From Candidatus Karelsulcia muelleri (GTDB lineage: Bacteria > Bacteroidota > Bacteroidia > Flavobacteriales > Blattabacteriaceae): DNA of 32,000 nucleotides. Location of the stretch: contig NZ_CP029011.1 in assembly GCF_003214255.1 (NCBI RefSeq), forward strand, positions 1 to 32,000. The letters are read 5' to 3'. The position numbers and the translations under genes are program-made. The notes under the pieces were generated by a model. That model was not told the DNA's origin. It made no database searches and saw only the letters and a program-made list of their open reading frames with translations. Within the stretch, counting starts at the first letter, position 1; each line of letters starts with the position of its first letter. This document shows, piece after piece, positions 30,321 to 32,000 of the stretch.

Positions 30321-31935
30321 AAATTAATTTATCTAAACAAAAACTTAATTTATCTAAACAAAAATATCCAATTCGTTGAAATTGAAATTTCTTATAAATT
30401 GTTGCTTTTCTTATGGAAGGTTCTGCATATGCAATTGTTGTTTTTAATGAATTTTTGTTGATCTTATCAAGATAATTTTTTAATTGTTCAGATTTCTTTT
30501 CAAGAAAAAGATTATCATATATATTTATTTTAATTTTTATAGCATGAATTTTAGAAACCCAATGTAATGTACATTTAATTTTTTTCTTCCTTGTAAACCC
30601 CGATAAACTTTTTTTATCATAAGTACAATATATTTGTTTTATGCTACCATCTAAATTTCTATAAATCTTATTAGCTTTTAAAATATAAGCGTTTTTTAAA
30701 CGTATTTCTTCTCCTAAAGAGAATCTCAAAAAATTTTTTGTTTTTTTTTCTAAAAAATCTTCATTTTCTATATATATTTTTTTTGAAAATGGAATTTTTC
30801 TATAGTTTTTTTTTAATTGGTTAGGAAAATTTTCAGAATTTAACCATTCAACTTTATCATCTGGATAATTTTCAATTATTAATAATATTGGATTTATTAC
30901 CACCATTACTCTATAAGAGATTTTTTTTAAATGTTTTCGAATACTAAATTCTAAAAGAGAAATATCTATATTATTTTCTCGTTTGGAGAGACCAATTTTT
31001 TTTATAAAATTATTTATTGATTTTGGAGTATAACCTCTTCTTCTAAGTCCTGCTAACGTAGGCATTCTTGGATCATCCCATCCATTTACAATTTTTTTTT
31101 TTACTAAAATTTGTAATTTTCTTTTACTTAAAATATTATAATTTAAATTTAACCTAGAAAATTCATATTGTTTAGGAATTAAACTATTTTTTTTTTTTAT
31201 ATTTTTTAAAAACCATTTATATAATGGTTTATGATTTTCAAATTCAAAAGAACAAAAAGAATGTGATATTTGTTCTATATAATCTGATTGGCCATGTGTC
31301 CAATCATAAGTAGGATATATACACCAATTTTTTTTGGTTTTAAAATGATTTTTTTTTTTGATAATTCTATACATTATAGGATCTCTAAGATTCATATTTG
31401 GGGATTTCATATCTATTTTTGCACGTAAAACACATTCACCGTCATGAAAATATCCATTTTTCATTTTTTCAAATAAAAAAAGATTTTCTTTTATAGATCT
31501 TTTTCTATATGGACTTTCAATTCCTTCTTCAAAAGGATTTTTTTTTTGTTCTTGGATTTGTTCTTGGGTTTGATCATCAACATAAGCTTTTCCTTTTTTT
31601 ATAAGAATTTTAGCCAAAAAATAAAGTTTATTAAAATAATTAGATGCATAAGTTTCTTTCTTCCATTTAAAGCCTAACCAAAGAATATCATTTTTTATAT
31701 ATTCAATGAATTTTTTTTTTTCTTCTATTGGATTTGTATCATCAAATCTTAATATTACTGAGGTTTTATATTTTTCTGCTAATTTAAAATTGAAAAAAAT
31801 AGATTTAGCATGTCCAATATGTAAATAACCATTAGGTTCTGGTGGAAATCTAAAAAGTAATTTGTTTTTGGTAAATCCTGATTTTAAATCTTTTTCTATA
31901 ATTTTTTCTAAAAAATTTAAATTTTCTTTTTTCAT
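30295..31935 (-). CDS. glnS: Glutamine--tRNA ligase
   Basis: The 546-aa ORF has RFPPEPNGYLHIGHAKS (HIGH), NILSKRKL (the MSK-like motif), PTYDWTHGQSD and the C-terminal RIGYFCLD..FNKTVSL. Confidence 0.95.
   Translation of the reverse strand: MKKENLNFLEKIIEKDLKSGFTKNKLLFRFPPEPNGYLHIGHAKSIFFNFKLAEKYKTSVILRFDDTNPIEEKKKFIEYIKNDILWLGFKWKKETYASNYFNKLYFLAKILIKKGKAYVDDQTQEQIQEQKKNPFEEGIESPYRKRSIKENLFLFEKMKNGYFHDGECVLRAKIDMKSPNMNLRDPIMYRIIKKKNHFKTKKNWCIYPTYDWTHGQSDYIEQISHSFCSFEFENHKPLYKWFLKNIKKKNSLIPKQYEFSRLNLNYNILSKRKLQILVKKKIVNGWDDPRMPTLAGLRRRGYTPKSINNFIKKIGLSKRENNIDISLLEFSIRKHLKKISYRVMVVINPILLIIENYPDDKVEWLNSENFPNQLKKNYRKIPFSKKIYIENEDFLEKKTKNFLRFSLGEEIRLKNAYILKANKIYRNLDGSIKQIYCTYDKKSLSGFTRKKKIKCTLHWVSKIHAIKIKINIYDNLFLEKKSEQLKNYLDKINKNSLKTTIAYAEPSIRKATIYKKFQFQRIGYFCLDKLSFCLDKLIFNKTVSLT
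30324..30365 (-). repeat. 21-bp tandem duplication in the glnS 3' end
   Basis: TTAATTTATCTAAACAAAAAC lies at 30324-30344 and TTAATTTATCTAAACAAAAAT at 30345-30365. They encode the duplicated FCLDKL(S/I). Confidence 0.9.
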
Positions 31936-32000
31936 ATAAATTTTTATTTTCTTAAAAAAAGAATTAATATACTTATATCTGAAGGAGAAACTCCACTTAT

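Noticed and set aside
31984-31994. A small hairpin, GGAG-AAA-CTCC, at the window edge upstream of glnS.
   Set aside because: It has only a 4-bp stem and a 3-nt loop and is cut by the window boundary. It may belong to a neighbouring gene or tRNA and cannot be interpreted.

Overview
This window is a very AT-rich, tightly packed stretch of housekeeping genes, typical of a strongly reduced obligate endosymbiont genome. GC looks well under 25% by eye but was not computed. Proteins are rich in K, N, I and F, and long poly(A)/poly(T) runs occur inside genes.

I call 26 protein-coding genes and 2 tRNAs:
- lipB, an eroded fumC, yidC, valS, dnaN, pheT, aroB, a truncated gyrA and rpsA
- a family-3 O-methyltransferase, ndh (NDH-2), rho, prfA, aroQ, atpC, atpD and rsmA
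- tRNA-fMet, ileS, lspA, tRNA-Asn, lepA and holB
- a U32-family protein, a small 4Fe-4S ferredoxin and glnS

Several features suggest a Bacteroidota (Flavobacteriales-like) insect symbiont such as Sulcia, Blattabacterium or Shikimatogenerans:
- a long type-2 IleRS
- an atpD-atpC pair detached from the rest of the atp operon
- a long YidC
- GlnRS is present
- no Shine-Dalgarno-like sequences upstream of starts

I cannot verify this placement without a database search. The standard genetic code (table 11) fits, because conserved Trp positions use TGG and no conserved gene is interrupted by TGA.

I see no mobile elements, CRISPR arrays, defence islands or rRNA genes, so this is core genome rather than an accessory island.

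The observations worth a second look are genome-reduction phenomena:
- GyrA is cut cleanly at the boundary between its N-terminal and C-terminal domains.
- fumC stays an open reading frame but has lost its catalytic motifs through in-frame deletions.
- atpD and atpC both carry perfect 18-bp in-frame tandem repeats. In atpD they form a roughly 70-aa acidic C-terminal tail.
- A perfect (ATATT)14 microsatellite fills a divergent promoter region.
- A G10 run encodes the NAD-binding glycines of ndh.
- lspA reads antisense into tRNA-Asn.
- Three convergent gene pairs share a TTAA that supplies both stop codons.
- A translationally coupled U32-ferredoxin pair, together with a YrrM-like O-methyltransferase, may be a retained prephenate-dependent RNA hydroxylation and methylation pathway.
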